A stretch of 64,000 nucleotides of DNA from Lama guanicoe (lineage: Eukaryota). The DNA is taken from assembly GCA_013239625.1 (NCBI GenBank), contig MU054212.1:1736001-1800000 (forward strand). Direction: 5' to 3'. The first letter of the stretch is position 1, and every line of letters starts with the position of its first letter. The position numbers and the translations under genes were made by a program. Below are positions 13,322-26,220 of the stretch, in pieces. Below the pieces are notes generated by a model. That model worked only from the letters and a program-made list of their open reading frames with translations. It did no database searches and was not told the origin of the DNA.

Positions 13322-13445
13322 CAAAAGACAGGCATTCTGGTCTCAGTGTTGCCCCTAAGTAGCCATGTGTGTTTAGTCAAGTCACAGACTCCGCTGGATT
13401 TCAGATTCCTCATCCATAAAATGAGGTAACTAGACTTGTCCAGTG
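13322..13445 (+). mobile_element. MIR SINE fragment
   Basis: MIR core: gtcaagtcacag...ttcagattcctcatccataaaatgagg. Confidence 0.75.
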
Positions 13446-14757
13446 CTCCCTGCACTTCTCCATCCAAGTAGCAGAGCAGAGTGGTTGACAATTGGTGTAG
13501 GAGTTTGGAGGTGTCCCAAAAGTGACCCCCTACAAGCAAGAAATGCACTTGAAGTGTTGGAATTTGTCTGTCTGAAGGATTTGTGTTGCTTTTGCATCTT
13601 ACTTAATAAGACATCTGTGTTTGTTTTAATGCGAATATGATATTTGAGATTTCTTACCATCAGTCAGAGTTGATTTGCCAAGGAGAGCCTGTTTATCCTG
13701 GGGCAGAAGAACTGGGTGGTTTTCTGGGGCCATTTCCCTCCTCGGTGACTCCACATTCAGTGTCTGTGCTTCTTAGTTCAGCACACACTCCTATTTCTGG
13801 TTCCAACAATGTGAGCAGCCCTCTCACCACAATCTTCAGTGGCTCTCAGGAACTCCTGGTTGTCTGAAAGAGCCCCTGAAGGGGAAACCAGCAACCTAAG
13901 CAGAGTCTAGAAAGGGCTGCAGGCATTTATCAGATGGAAACAGGAGGCTGCCCTTCTAGAGATGGGCGGGTGACTCATCAGCCTGGCCTCTGCCTGAAGG
14001 AGGTCTGCTTTGGTGTTGAGCCAAGTTTTGATCCTTTGCCTCAAATCTTTTCTGGAAAGAGGTGGGCTATGGATAAATATTTGGATTTCAGAAGCTTTAG
14101 GTTAAACCTCTTTGAAAAATGTAATGTTACCTCTTACTCAGATGCAAATCTTTTAAGTACGTCAGCGTGTACCCCCCTTACCTTCAATAAACACCATATC
14201 TGAGGGCCAATTTCTAGTTTGGTTTTACTTCACACAGTTCTCTGATTACGGCTCCCATCACCTCCTGGATCTGTGGGGTGACTTGAAGCAGATGGGATAG
14301 AGGGTGCAAAGGGGGCTGATTCTCACCCAGTCCCTGGGCAGTGATCAGCAAAGGCAGGGAGGTCAGCCAAATTCCTCGTCCGCTGAGGCAGCAAAGGCCT
14401 TCTCCCCAGTGGCTTCTCCAGATGGAAAAAGTACTCCAAGCTTCTGACCACTTCCCAGAGGGTGAAGTGAATGGGACAAGAAGGGACTTCTGCTCATCTG
14501 AATAACCCAGCCCACACGCATCAGCTGCCTGGTGGCATCTTCAGACACCTTGCACATAGTGGGTGCACAAGGTTGATTTATCAGATGCACGAATCAGTGC
14601 TAGTTCTCCACTGAAGACGAAATGTTGGCAAGTGGCTTATGAAAAAGGATAGATGTCCCATTACAACCCAGGATCTTGGCTCAGGTTCAGTTTCCAATTC
14701 TATAGATGCTCAGAGAATAACAGATTTAGATTCATCTATGTTACGGAGTTTGGGCTG

Positions 14758-14926
14758 ACCAAGTGGTTTCAACTTTAGTTGAATCATAGAATCCGGTGGC
14801 AAGCTTTCTAAATATACTGATGCCTGGGCCCCCACTCCAGTGTAATTGGCTTAGAAACTCTGGGAAGGGGCCCAGGCATTGGTATTTTTTTAAAAAAAAG
14901 GTTTTTTCCAGGTGATTCTGGGGCAT
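14758..14926. mobile_element. MER5-family hAT-Charlie DNA transposon (non-autonomous)
   Basis: agtggtttcaact...agaatc...atactgatgcctgggccc...gggcccaggcattggtatttttt...ccaggtgattct, with the internal inverted atgcctgggcccc/ggggcccaggcat typical of MER5. Confidence 0.8.
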
Positions 14927-15497
14927 GACACTGTGAATGACTCATCTAACCAGGCAGGTGGAGTGGTTTTCCCAGGGCCTCACCAGGCTGGTGGCAGAGC
15001 CGGTTTCCCCATCCAGTCCTGAGCTCTTTCCCACACACCACGTCGACCCTCCTTTAGCCCTGTGGCCCGTGGGATAACTTCAACTTTTCCACTGGGAAAA
15101 AGGAGCAGTAGTTGACCCACTCACCCCCTGAAAACAAGTGCTTCAGCACCATGGGAATTTTCCTGGTCCTATTTGTGGAAGTGGTCCAACCTTGGATGTT
15201 TTTCCAGGAAAGGATATTATGAGCAGGGTCCCTTTGGTGGCTGCCTATAAGCATTATTTGTGAGGCATGGGAAGATTCTAGCCCTAAAATATCCCCTTTG
15301 CCTTTAGTTACTTACACTGAAAGGCATCTCCCAGGAATATTTTTGGGGGTTAAGACAGATTAATTATTAGAATATAAATGAGGCTGAGGCTGTCCTCTTT
15401 TCTTTCTGCTAGTCTAAATGGAGAACTGGCGGTTTGAGTACCTAGCACAGTGCTTTGCCTTAATAGTTTTACCATATGTATGTGGCAACTACCTCTT

Positions 15498-16221
15498 TTT
15501 AAAATTTAATTTAATTTTTTTTCTTTTATTGACATACAGTTGCTATACAATATTATGTAGGTTATGGGTGCACAATATAGTGATTCACAGTTTTTACAGC
15601 TGATACTCTATTTATAGTTATTATAAAACAATTGTCTGTTTTCCCCATGCTGCACAGTATATCCTTGTAGCTCATTTAATAGTTTGCACCTTTTACTCCC
15701 CTGCCCCTATATTGCCCTTCCCTACATCCCTCTCCCCGCTGGTAACTACTACTTTGTTCTCTCTATCTGTGAGTCTGCTTGTTTTTTGTTATATTCACCA
15801 GTTTGTTGTATTTTTTAGATTCCACATATAAGTGATATCATACAATGTTTGTCTTTCCCTGTCTGACTTATTTCACTTAGCATAATGCCTTCCAAGTTGT
15901 TGCTGCAAATAGCTGAATAGTATTCTATTGTGTGTGTGTATATATATATGTATATATTTATGTGTGTATATATATGTATATCTTTATGTGTGTGGGTGTA
16001 TATATATATGTGTGTATATATATATATATTATATCTTCTTTATCTATTCATCTATTAATGGACACTTAGGTTGCTTCCATACCTAGGCAATTATAAATAA
16101 TGCTGTTGCTGTGTGCTGTGAGCATTGGGGTGCATGTATCTTTTCAAATTAGTGTTTTTGTTTTTTTCAGTTATATAGCCAGGAGTGGAATTGCTGGGAC
16201 ATATGGTAGTTCTAGTTTTAG
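15498..16221 (-). mobile_element. L1 3' end (5'-truncated) with an ORF2 C-terminal remnant and TSD
   Basis: T-rich tail at left; L1 3'UTR/ORF2-end sequence; minus strand reads ELPYVPAIPLL. Flanked by a degenerate 14-bp TSD ggcaactacctctt (15484-15497) / ggtaactacttctt (16222-16235). Confidence 0.92.
15929..16030. repeat. (TA/TG)n compound microsatellite inside L1
   Basis: tgtgtgtgtgtatatatatatgtatatatt...tatatatatatt. Confidence 0.9.
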
Positions 16222-18254
16222 GGTAACTACTTCTTATTATACGTTATTATATGTAAGAAAACCATGCTGGGCTTTAGGTACCTTGTCCAATTTAATTATC
16301 ACCCCACACTTAGAAGGTAGTTATTATTATCCTTGTATTAAGGATATCCATTCTGAGACTCACATTCTAATTCTGATGCTTATAGGTTTCAAACAAACTG
16401 GAAGATCCTCTGAGCTTAGACCAATCCTTCTACATTACATATGAGGGAAATGGGGCCTTGACATATGAGGGAGGTAGCATGATTTCTCTGGCAATGTCTA
16501 AGATATTTAATTGTTTATCAAAGATTCAAGCCTTATAAAAGTTAGTACAACAGTTTCTTTCAAAATTAGAACAAGAAAGCCTCCAGGTCTCTCGGTTTGG
16601 TGTTCAAATCCTGGTCTGAGCATTTTCTGGCTGTAGAAAGGTTATTGAACCTGCAAGAGCCCCACTTTCAGAAGGAAAGAAAGAAATTGGGAGGGAAAGG
16701 GAAATGGAGAGGAAAGAGGAGTGTAAGGACGTAGGAAAACCAAGAAAAAGAAGAAAGAAGAGAGGGAGCAAGTGGAGGAGGGGGAGGGAAGCAGGACACT
16801 CAGGGCACGACGGGGACAGAGAGGAGACAGATGCTGAGGGGACCTGGCTGTGTTGCCACTGAAGGTTGCAGGACACTCTGGAGTTGCTTTCTAAAGGGCA
16901 TTTTTTTCTAATGCAAGATCCCAAGCAGAGGGCCAGGACCCACTGTGCGGAGGAGGCGAAGGCTTGAATTAGGGACAAATAGACGGAGGCTGGTACAAGG
17001 GAGGGTTTCTACAGACACAGGGCAGAGGAAGAGAGGAATTTGTCCCAGAGAACTTCAGGGACAAGAAAGATGTTGAAAGAAAAAGAAAGTGTTGGGTCAA
17101 TGAAGGCTCCAAAGGGCTTCTCTACAGGCCTGAATTAAAGACATTGTAAAAGGGAAAGGCATAAAATGGAACATTTTCGACCAGAGGAATGTACTTCTTT
17201 GAAGTGTCCGCCTCCCAAAAAAAAGTATGTCGTGGACTCTAGCTTTTGAAGAAAGGAGAGGGAAAAAACTGGTCCAAGTGAATCAAAGGAAGTGATAAAT
17301 CTGTCTGTGACCCTCTCCTGAAACAAAGCACGTGGAGTTTAATTAATGCACTTAGCTACCTGACCAGAAAAGCCTCATACTGAAGCCCACCTTAGGGGCC
17401 TCATCTAATACAGGAGTTCTTGGGAAATGAAAAGCACTTTTAAGTGCTGACGGACAATGACCATGAGCGCTGTTAATTCCATGGAGAAAGAACCAAAAAC
17501 ACATATTCAGTGTATTATAACACCTACGACTGCCCCACTGAAGGCAGTGCCCTCCAAATAAAGAGAGATATCAGTAGTGAAATAAAGAAGAGTAAGCAGG
17601 GGATGTTGGACGTAAAGAGACACAGACAAAGCCAAAAGGATTGTTCTTTAATGTCAGACACTGGACAAGGGTGGGGAGGGAAAGTTTCAGGCAGGAGAAG
17701 GGGAGAGAGGATGCGTCAGACATGAGATGTCCATTGTGAGGCTCCGAGAAGAGAAAACTGAAGCCACCCTGAGACTGGGCTATGTGAGAAAGAGGGAATT
17801 GTGTCACGCTGAATCAGAAGTGGTTTAATATCTAGAGAAGGGACACTACCCACATGTACAAGCATCAAGCACCAAGTCTTTACTACTGACCTGGGAAAAC
17901 TGGGAAAGAGGTTGCGAGTGAGCAATAATGGGGAAGCTGGCTATAACTCCTGGATTGGCTTTCTCTCCGTGTCTTTCTCTCTGCTGTCTGTGTTTCTGCT
18001 ATCTCTGGGGCTACCTCTCTGACTCAAAGTTAGCTGAAATGGCAATAGGCAGTATTCAAAATTTTTTAAAAGCAAAAGTAACCTTGTGAGCAAAGGTGGA
18101 AACTTTTTTACATGGAATCGTGTCTTTTTCTTCTTTTTTAACTTAGGAAGATACCTAAGATAATAGATGGATCAGTCAGAGATTTAGAAAACGATGGCCA
18201 AACAGATGAATAAAGGGCAGGAGTAGTGATTATTGCATTCAAACACATTTCTTA

Positions 18255-18381
18255 GGTGGGGAAGGTGTAGCTCGAGAGGTAGAACACATGCTTAGCATGC
18301 ATGAAGTTCTTGGTTCAATCCCCAGTACCTCCTCTAAAAATAAATAAATAAACCTAATTACCTCCCAACAAAAATTTTTTT
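18255..18381 (+). mobile_element. tRNA-derived SINE, Vic-1 (camelid) type
   Basis: A-box-like tagctcgagaggtaga, B-box ggttcaatccc, then cagtacctcc, (taaa)n and cctaattacctccc. Degenerate TSD aaacacatttctta (18241-18254) / aaatatatttctta (18382-18395). Confidence 0.85.
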
Positions 18382-19059
18382 AAATATATTTCTTAATTTC
18401 TTTCTCTTCATTATTTGGTTTAAGAGCATTGGAGCATTACTGAGGTTTACTCATAAATTGCAGGAGCTTTTTGCACCATTGGGCCCCCCCACAGAAGAAG
18501 TTAAGCAGAAACAAAGGAGCATGTCGGAAAGAACATGGGAGTGGGGGTCCAGAGGTCTGGCGCTTTATCTTTGCTCTTCTGGAATATTCAGCCTTGACAC
18601 GTCTTTGAATTCCAGGTTTCAATATTTTCCATTTGTTTCAGGACTAGGGTATGCTAAAGATCTGATTCTACAAATCTATTTTTCTAAATGAGCCTATCAT
18701 CAGGAACTTGTTAAACAAACTTGGAGGTCTGACATTTTAATTTTCTCCTCCTATCTGTTTCAAAAAACTGCTTTCCCTTTATTGGCTTATGAATCCAGGA
18801 GAAATGGAATTGGTTGCACTTAAACCTTACTTTTGCTAATTTCCTGTCAAGATGCAGTTGAGATTTATGGCTCCTTCTAGGCAGCCCCGACATAGTCGGC
18901 TTGGAGGGAAGTAACTTCAGAGGACTCTCCTGTTCCAGTCCTAATAAAACAAGTACAAGGAGCCATCTCTCCCTGGGTAGTTGGTCGCATGTCCATTGGA
19001 AGGATGAGATTGGTGGGGCTAAGAGCTGGGTGCCTGTCTACCCCCCATCCCCACCCCAT

Positions 19060-19245
19060 CTCACCAAATATATGACTGGAACAGATTATTTATACTTCTT
19101 AAGCCTCAGTTTCCTCATCTACAGAACAAAGATAATAATTGTGCTTCATAGAGTTACATGCATTAAATGCAATAATGCATAAAAAAACACTTAACTTTAT
19201 GCCTGATCCAGAGTAAAAAACAATAAAAGTAAACTGTTCTTGTAA
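19060..19245 (+). mobile_element. MIR SINE (core and 3' part)
   Basis: aagcctcagtttcctcatctacagaacaaagataataatt...attaaatgcaataatgcataaaa. Confidence 0.85.
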
Positions 19246-19751
19246 TGTCATTGTCATTAATACAATTACTAGGAACTTTTAACATAATGAGTAGCCTCAA
19301 ATTAAATTCTGCTCACTGCTCTGGTGGTTTATGACTCACACTTTTTTCCCCTCCCCTTTCTAATTCTCATTGCTGAGTAGTTTTCCCATTAAAAATGTAA
19401 CAAGCTGGATATCGTTTAATAACAGTTAATGCAGGAGAATTATTTTCTGTCTATTTTTTTATCATTTTAATTTACTCCTCCTACCTTTCGGTTGGGGTCT
19501 TCAGGGTTAATTAGGAACAGCTTTATACTTGGATAGTTGGTTAATCACTGAGTAGAATGTTGGAAGAAAGCTACTCAGATGCTTTTCATCTTAACATCCA
19601 ATTCCCAGGAAACCCTGAAAAAAAAATGTTACTTGTCTAAGGCCACCTACAGTATTAGGTAATTATTAAAGCTGATTGCATATCAGAGCCTAAATATAGT
19701 GTTATAGAACCGTACTTCTCTCATGCTCCCCTCACGGTAAATGAATCAGAA

Positions 19752-19896
19752 GCACTGCCATGTATTTTTGAAGAGTAAATCTTTGTGCTAATTAATTATA
19801 TCAATATCAACATGTTGATATTGATATAATTAGCACAGTGGATGACACTGATATAATTAGCACAAATATTTACTCTTCAAAAATAAGTGGCAGTGC
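19752..19896. repeat. Long nested inverted repeat / palindrome
   Basis: Outer arms 19752-19803 and 19849-19896 pair over 48 bp with 3 mismatches and one 4-nt bulge. Perfect 40-bp palindrome at 19793-19832. Confidence 0.95.
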
Positions 19897-21136
19897 ATAT
19901 GCATATAATAACCTCAATAATAACACTGAACAGTTATAGCACCACCTTCTCTAAGGAGCCTATAAAATACATACATAGCAAATACCTGAAACTCAGGCTT
20001 CATTGAGAGCTTTGAGAGCATTGCTAAGCAAGGTTGAAGGGGTTGCCACAGTCAGGAGAAACCCCATGACTAGATCCTGATGGGGGATCTTCCCCTAAAT
20101 GGAAATGAATCTCCAAGCAGCTCCCCATCAGCCTAAAACTAAGAGATACATCAAATTACATAAAGGAATTGAAATTGAATAGGACTCCTCTTTCTTTATT
20201 CTGATTAATGTTCAGCTAATCTAAACCTACAGTGATTTGGTTTTAAAGCAAAACAGAATTGGGTAAAAGCAGGGATGTTGGCAAGTAAGACAGAAAATAT
20301 ATTTGGACCACCGTCTCCAGTGTCTGTGACGTAGCGAGGCCATGGCTTACAGTCAGGGAAATCTGTCCCTGGGTCATCTCTCCTTTGTTGGATGATACAG
20401 CTTCTATGCCTCTTCATATAACTGTGACAGGAAGAAAGGGTTTGGGAAAAATGTGTGTGGTACCAGGAGAGGAGAAGGTGGGCAGGGTGCCTAATGGTTC
20501 CATTGGCACTCTGCAGTCAAGGGCCTATGCGAACCAGCTTTCCCACTGTGTCTGTGATGGGCGATATTAATCTCAACCAATTTCTTATTCCTTTGTTTCT
20601 GAGTACAGGCTAATTGAGTTACACGTTTTCTTACCATAACAACTACATTAACAGCTACCACAGTTTTGAAGTCATGGTAGCACCCACACCCAGAAGCACA
20701 CACACACACATATCCACCCATGCAAATATACAAACAACACACAGAACTCCAAACATAGTTTTGAGTTCAAATTGATTCACAGATAAGCATGGAAGATACA
20801 GGCCAAGAGACTTTCCAAATATGTTAAATTTTACAAAACACTGACTCACTGGCAAACATCTGAAAAGTAAGCATGATTTTATGGACTGACAGAAAGGAAC
20901 ATTAGTTATTTTAACCCTCTTTTCCTCTGAGAACTAACTCCTATAATGGAGCACCCCAGATGTTCTGCTTCTTAGGGCCTCTTTGGATATGAAGATTGCA
21001 CAGCAGGAGGCAACATCTGGGGGAAAAAGAGAGATTGTGAGAGGACTTAGAATATTGTGCCTGGTTGTGATCTTGGGTAATGTTTCAGAGATTTTTTTTT
21101 TTAAATGCATCCTCTTTTAAAATGTAGATTATTTTA

Positions 21137-21215
21137 CTATGTATGTATATGCATGACTGGGACATTGTGTTATACACCAGAGATTGACACATTGTAACTG
21201 ACTGTACTTCAATAA
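21137..21215 (+). mobile_element. Extremely 5'-truncated L1 (about 80 bp of 3' end) with a perfect 18-bp TSD
   Basis: Closely matches the reverse complement of the L1 3' terminus at about 35155-35228. Ends in aataaa. Flanked by aaaatgtagattatttta at 21119-21136 and 21216-21233. Confidence 0.9.
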
Positions 21216-24200
21216 AAAATGTAGATTATTTTAAATGTAGATTATCATTTATCATTTCTGGGTGCCGTAGCAGAGAAGTTCATCAATATTTCATCTTGAG
21301 TTTTAAATTTTTGAATTTTCAATTTTTCTGTGGATAAGAGTTTCTCTTTCTTGTATTTATGCAGTTTCAGAATTCTACCTATAAACTGACCTTCCTCCTT
21401 ACCATAAACCATATTGTTTTGCAACTTTTTGTTTGATAAAACTGCTTTGGTCCTTCAATAAAGGGCTTCGTTGTTATCATGGTGAGAAGTAGAAAGTCTC
21501 ATGAACATCATTACTCAGATCGTGCTTGGTTCACAGGGAACTGAAGTTCAGTCCTAATGCTATGGTTGTCTCATTTCATTTTGACATCATAATTGAGACT
21601 AATCTTCACAGATTCCCCCCACCCCCCTGCCCTGCCCCAACCTCTACATTCTTGCTTCCAAGTTTAATTTTCTACTGCAATTTGAACGTAACAACATGAG
21701 TGGATGACACACATAGTAATCACTTTGCATTGAAGCTTCATTTCATGACGTTTTGCAAAGCAGGTATCCAAAGGCACACACTGAAATCATTTTGCCAGTG
21801 TAATCTTGCCTTTTAATAGCTTCCTAACAGGGTATCCAAAGAAACACTCTGGAAACATTTTGCCCTCCTAATTTCATGTTGTAATGACATTAAAATGTCA
21901 TAAAGCAATTACCATCCCAAGCACAAAATGATCTTTAGAAGGTACTTTCTCCATAGGCTCATTAACTTCTTTCTAGCTTTAATATCTTGATTGTTTAAAG
22001 AAATGTTCAATGCTAATTGAGAGACTTCATTTAAAACTGAATACCATTTATTTAGCACAGCCTCTCTCTCATTCTTCCTGTCTGTCTCTCTCTCTCTCAA
22101 CCAAATTGCACTAGGCTGACAGAACCCTAGATTTATAGATACACACACACCTTTTGACCTCTCCAGTTAAAATTCTAAGTGGAATTGATCTGGTACAATG
22201 CTAAAAACAGCGTAGTGCACGGTTTGCTTTGGGGACAAAGGGAACAGTAGCTACTGAAGATGTCCTTGGTAGCAAGCGCATCCCAAAGTTTCTGCAGTAC
22301 CCCTAAAATACTAGGCTGGGTCCTTAATATAGGACCTGGAATAAATATGAGACACAGCTGGAGAAGTTCTGCATGTCAACACAACCATCTGACTTCAACT
22401 CTCCCTATTTCTGGTTGAGATCTGGCAGGTATATTCCTTCAAATGAAAACTCCAAATCAAGGGAACGAACAATGACAAATTGCCGTTAGCCTCTTCTGTG
22501 ACACAGGCTGTGATTTGCAGCTGTACTCTCCCGAAACATCTATAGGAGGAGTTTGAGCATATGTTTTTCTGTGAGCCATCTGAAATAAATAAGGAATGGT
22601 GAACAACCTCAAAAACCTTTTCTAGCAGAAGCGTTAGAACCAATTTGCTTGCCCCACATGTGCCAGGTAATATTCATATCTTAACCTTTAGCTCTCAGAA
22701 CACATTCTTATCTGAATAATGGAAGGGTTGGAAATGAGCTCAACTAATTTGGGCAAAACAATGCCAAGGAGTCATGGCCTCTCTACTCAAATCAAGAGAT
22801 AAGATGGCCTCTGACTTTCACTATAGACTCTCTGTCCAAGGCTAAATAACACAGTGATGTTCTTGCAAAATATTTTTTATTTTCTGTTTTGAGATCCCTC
22901 CAAGGTGACCTACAGAGCTCTTAGCAACCAGTTCGATCATTTGCTGATGGTAGAAAGGCAGAATGATTGGTTCAGATGTTTGAAATTAAAGCTAAAACTG
23001 GGAGGGGAAATTTGGTTAATAATAAATAGCAAGAAAGATATATGAATAAAAATAAGCACCTTAATGATTTACCATTGCCATGAAACCGATAGGCTGGTGA
23101 TCCAATCCGATATCCGCAAATTTGTATAATCCTCAGGGTAAAACAATTTAATGGGCTGTCTCTTTTATAGTTACAAAAGGCCTTTCATGTGATCAATTAT
23201 ACATAAGAGTACAATAAATGTAACTTTCTTCATACTAATCACATCTAACTTAAATTCTCTTGTTGGTCTTTGGAATGTATATAGCATTCCCAATAAAGTT
23301 TTTAGTTCCGACTCTTACCAAAAGTTAATCTGCCCAGAATTTCCAAATAAATCTTTGGTACGAGGGACTTTTTTTCCACACTAAATGAAATGGTTTGACA
23401 ATACAGTTTGTTAGGCATGCCACCTCCTACTGTCCTGGCCCCTTCTCTAACACCGACAATCCTGCTGCTTCCATTGGCCACTGGGCAGTGGGGGTTTGGT
23501 TTGATTGTTTTTCTTCTGTTTGGTTTTGTTTATATTTTGCTGGAAAGGCAGCCTAGCACTGTGTTAACACTGTCACCTGAGGCTAACAAAACTTGGCTAA
23601 GAGATGGAGATTGCCAGCCCTCCCTCTAGCGACAAGTCCCAGGGGGCCCTGAGACCCACCCAGATTCCTGTAAAGCCCAAATTCCCATCTGTTTTATTAT
23701 ATGCTTAATTGGTTTGCTCCTCTATGGAACCAAGTAAAATAAAACCCCTCATCATGTACCACTTAAGTTAGAAGTAAAGGTCAGAGACTCTAAAAAGTTT
23801 GTGAAAAATAAGAAATAACTAAATTCCCTAAATTGCCTTAGCCAAACAGTTGAGGCTTGACTTTGACTTAGTTGATTTAATAAATATATTTTTTTAGTCA
23901 CCGCAGAGTAACAGAAGCTGTTCTAGGTGATGTAGCTACAATCACAAGTAAGAATTAACTGTATTGCTTCAAAGAGTAGAATAAACTTCAAGGCATCCCC
24001 CTGTTCCTACACACTATGTATATACAATTCATTTCAGAGTGTGAAGCATCACAGGACATAGAAGATAGGATTGAAGGAAAAAAATAGGGAAAATCAGTGG
24101 GCTATTTTCTTCAAGCTTCCAAGAGGAAAATGAAAGATTTCTGAGAAAGGAGATTTCTTAAAGTCCCAGTTAGGGGATTAGTTAATTCCTGGAGGATTGA

Positions 24201-24832
24201 TTTTGGGGCCTCACATCCTGAGAAAGTTACATGTATGTGAAAATTTAGGAAATTCTAGGTCCAATCACTAAAATAAAAGATGGGAGCATGTGTGTGTGTG
24301 TGTAATTTGCCAGAGAGTATCTAAGAAAACATATTCTGAAGGCTCACTTGTTGCTGCCCGCTCCATGATTTTGGCCCCTCAAGTGTGGTTTGCCAAAGAA
24401 ATCAGGCTGCCAGCAAAGTACAGCAAATTGGAAAAATGAACTGGAACATCATAATCTGCTTCAGCTATAGCAAAGAAAAAGACATCTGGTAGACCACTTG
24501 GAAGCCAGCCAATGATGAAGACTCCAATTAAAATAAAGAACATGTCCTCAGGAGAGCATCTCTGAGCTCAAGAAGTTATAAGTCCAGTGTGCTACTTGAA
24601 AGCCAACTACTAGAGAAAAGTCATTTTCAAATAAAGCAAGACATAGCAAGCAAGCCTTGAATTCTTTCAAGAAACCTCTTCCTACGTGTACCGTCCTGAT
24701 GACTTAATAGGAGTTGGAGGTACCACTCAATGCTGAAAATAGGGTATCACTGAAAATAGGAAATGAAGCTACTGGTTTGCCCATAATGTTTCTGGGGAAA
24801 CTCAAATATTAGCACAAACTATAGAGAGTGCC

Positions 24833-25075
24833 ACAGTGTAGCTGAGAGTATGCTGGACCAGGAGTTGGCAGACTTGGGTTCCAGTGCCAACCCCGCCACT
24901 TTTGACCTGTGAACCTCAGGCAAGAGACTTCATCCTTGTGAGTCTCTGTTTCCCAGCTGAAAAATAAGGATAATAAAACCTACTTCACAGAAATAAGGGA
25001 AGGAGTACATAATATAGTCCATGGAAAGACACTTAATACAATGCCTGGCGTATAGTATGGCTACCGTATGCTAGC
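24833..25075 (+). mobile_element. MIR SINE
   Basis: gacttgggttccagtgcc...tgtgaacctcaggcaag...ctctgtttcccagctgaaaaataaggataataaaacctacttcacag...aatgcctggcgtatagta. Confidence 0.85.
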
Positions 25076-26179
25076 TAAAGAGAATAGACCAGATAGAAAA
25101 GAAAAATCATCTTTGCTGAGACTCAGTATTACTTTTCATATTAGAGAAATGGAATCCAATATAAACAGCATTGATGAAATAAACACCCTGACCCACAAGA
25201 TAATGTTGTGTTTTCCTGAAGGAAGAATCACGTGGCTATGAAAGATATAAAACAGTTTTGTAGAGTCCCAGGAATAGGCTCAAGGATTGAACATAAAAAC
25301 AACTGGACACCCAGGCATCAAATCTCCACTTAGGAAAAGGAGTCAGTGGTCAGTGTTTGCCAGGTAATGAGGGCTCTGTAAACTGAAGTTGCACAGAAAT
25401 TCTCAATAGATCAGTTATCAGTCTACTTACTAGTTTCTTAGTATATCAATAGCTGAGCGTTTTTGTTAATTAGTATTCTGGATATCAAATTTCTAACAAG
25501 AACATTTCTATGCTGTAATTTTTCTCAGAAAGGCAGGAGAACCATGAAATCAAACACCTTGGCAAATTCAAGAGAACTAGCACAGATTATGTATGCCCCT
25601 AACCCTTGAGAAGGTAATTCTTAAATGACCATGAATTAATACCTTAGAAGGAATTTGTTCATTGGGTCTTTCTTATTTGTTAAGCCAAACAAAACTCAGC
25701 ACTGCTGAACCTTTTGTATTACTTTATTATAGTATTTATAATTAATCTGTATTAATTATAAAGAGACTGGCACATTTTATATATATGGATGAATGAATGT
25801 GCCTCAAAAAGTTCTCTAAGAACAGTACCTTGTGGGAAAGGACATACAAGCAGTAAGAGCACCAGCAGGGACCCGTTAGAACTGGGGAAGGAGAGAAGAG
25901 GTTTAACAAAGGGTAGGTTATAGATACAAGACTCGCCTTATACCTCAGAATTCATCTGAAAGGAGTTGGTCCTTACTCACCTTCCTAATTCCAGGCAATT
26001 GCTTTGTTGGGCTAGTGACCCTAGGAAAGCTAACATTCACAGAGTTCATTGATGGATGAACTCTGAAATGAAGAAAGGCAAATGATGACTCCGCAAAACA
26101 AATGACTGCAGATTACAATAGAAGTTCCTCTCTGTTGCTAACAGAAATGGCCGAACCCCCTGCAGATGTGGAGGAACAA

Positions 26180-26220
<41 letters not shown>

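Noticed and set aside
16100..16444. 114-aa ORF
   Set aside because: Antisense reading of L1 ORF2 running into flanking MIR-like sequence.
18255..18335. tRNA gene
   Set aside because: The A/B boxes belong to a SINE with a tail and TSD, and the cloverleaf is degenerate.
19752..19896. Annotated miRNA gene
   Set aside because: I do not recognise any known mature miRNA, and a hairpin alone is insufficient without expression data.
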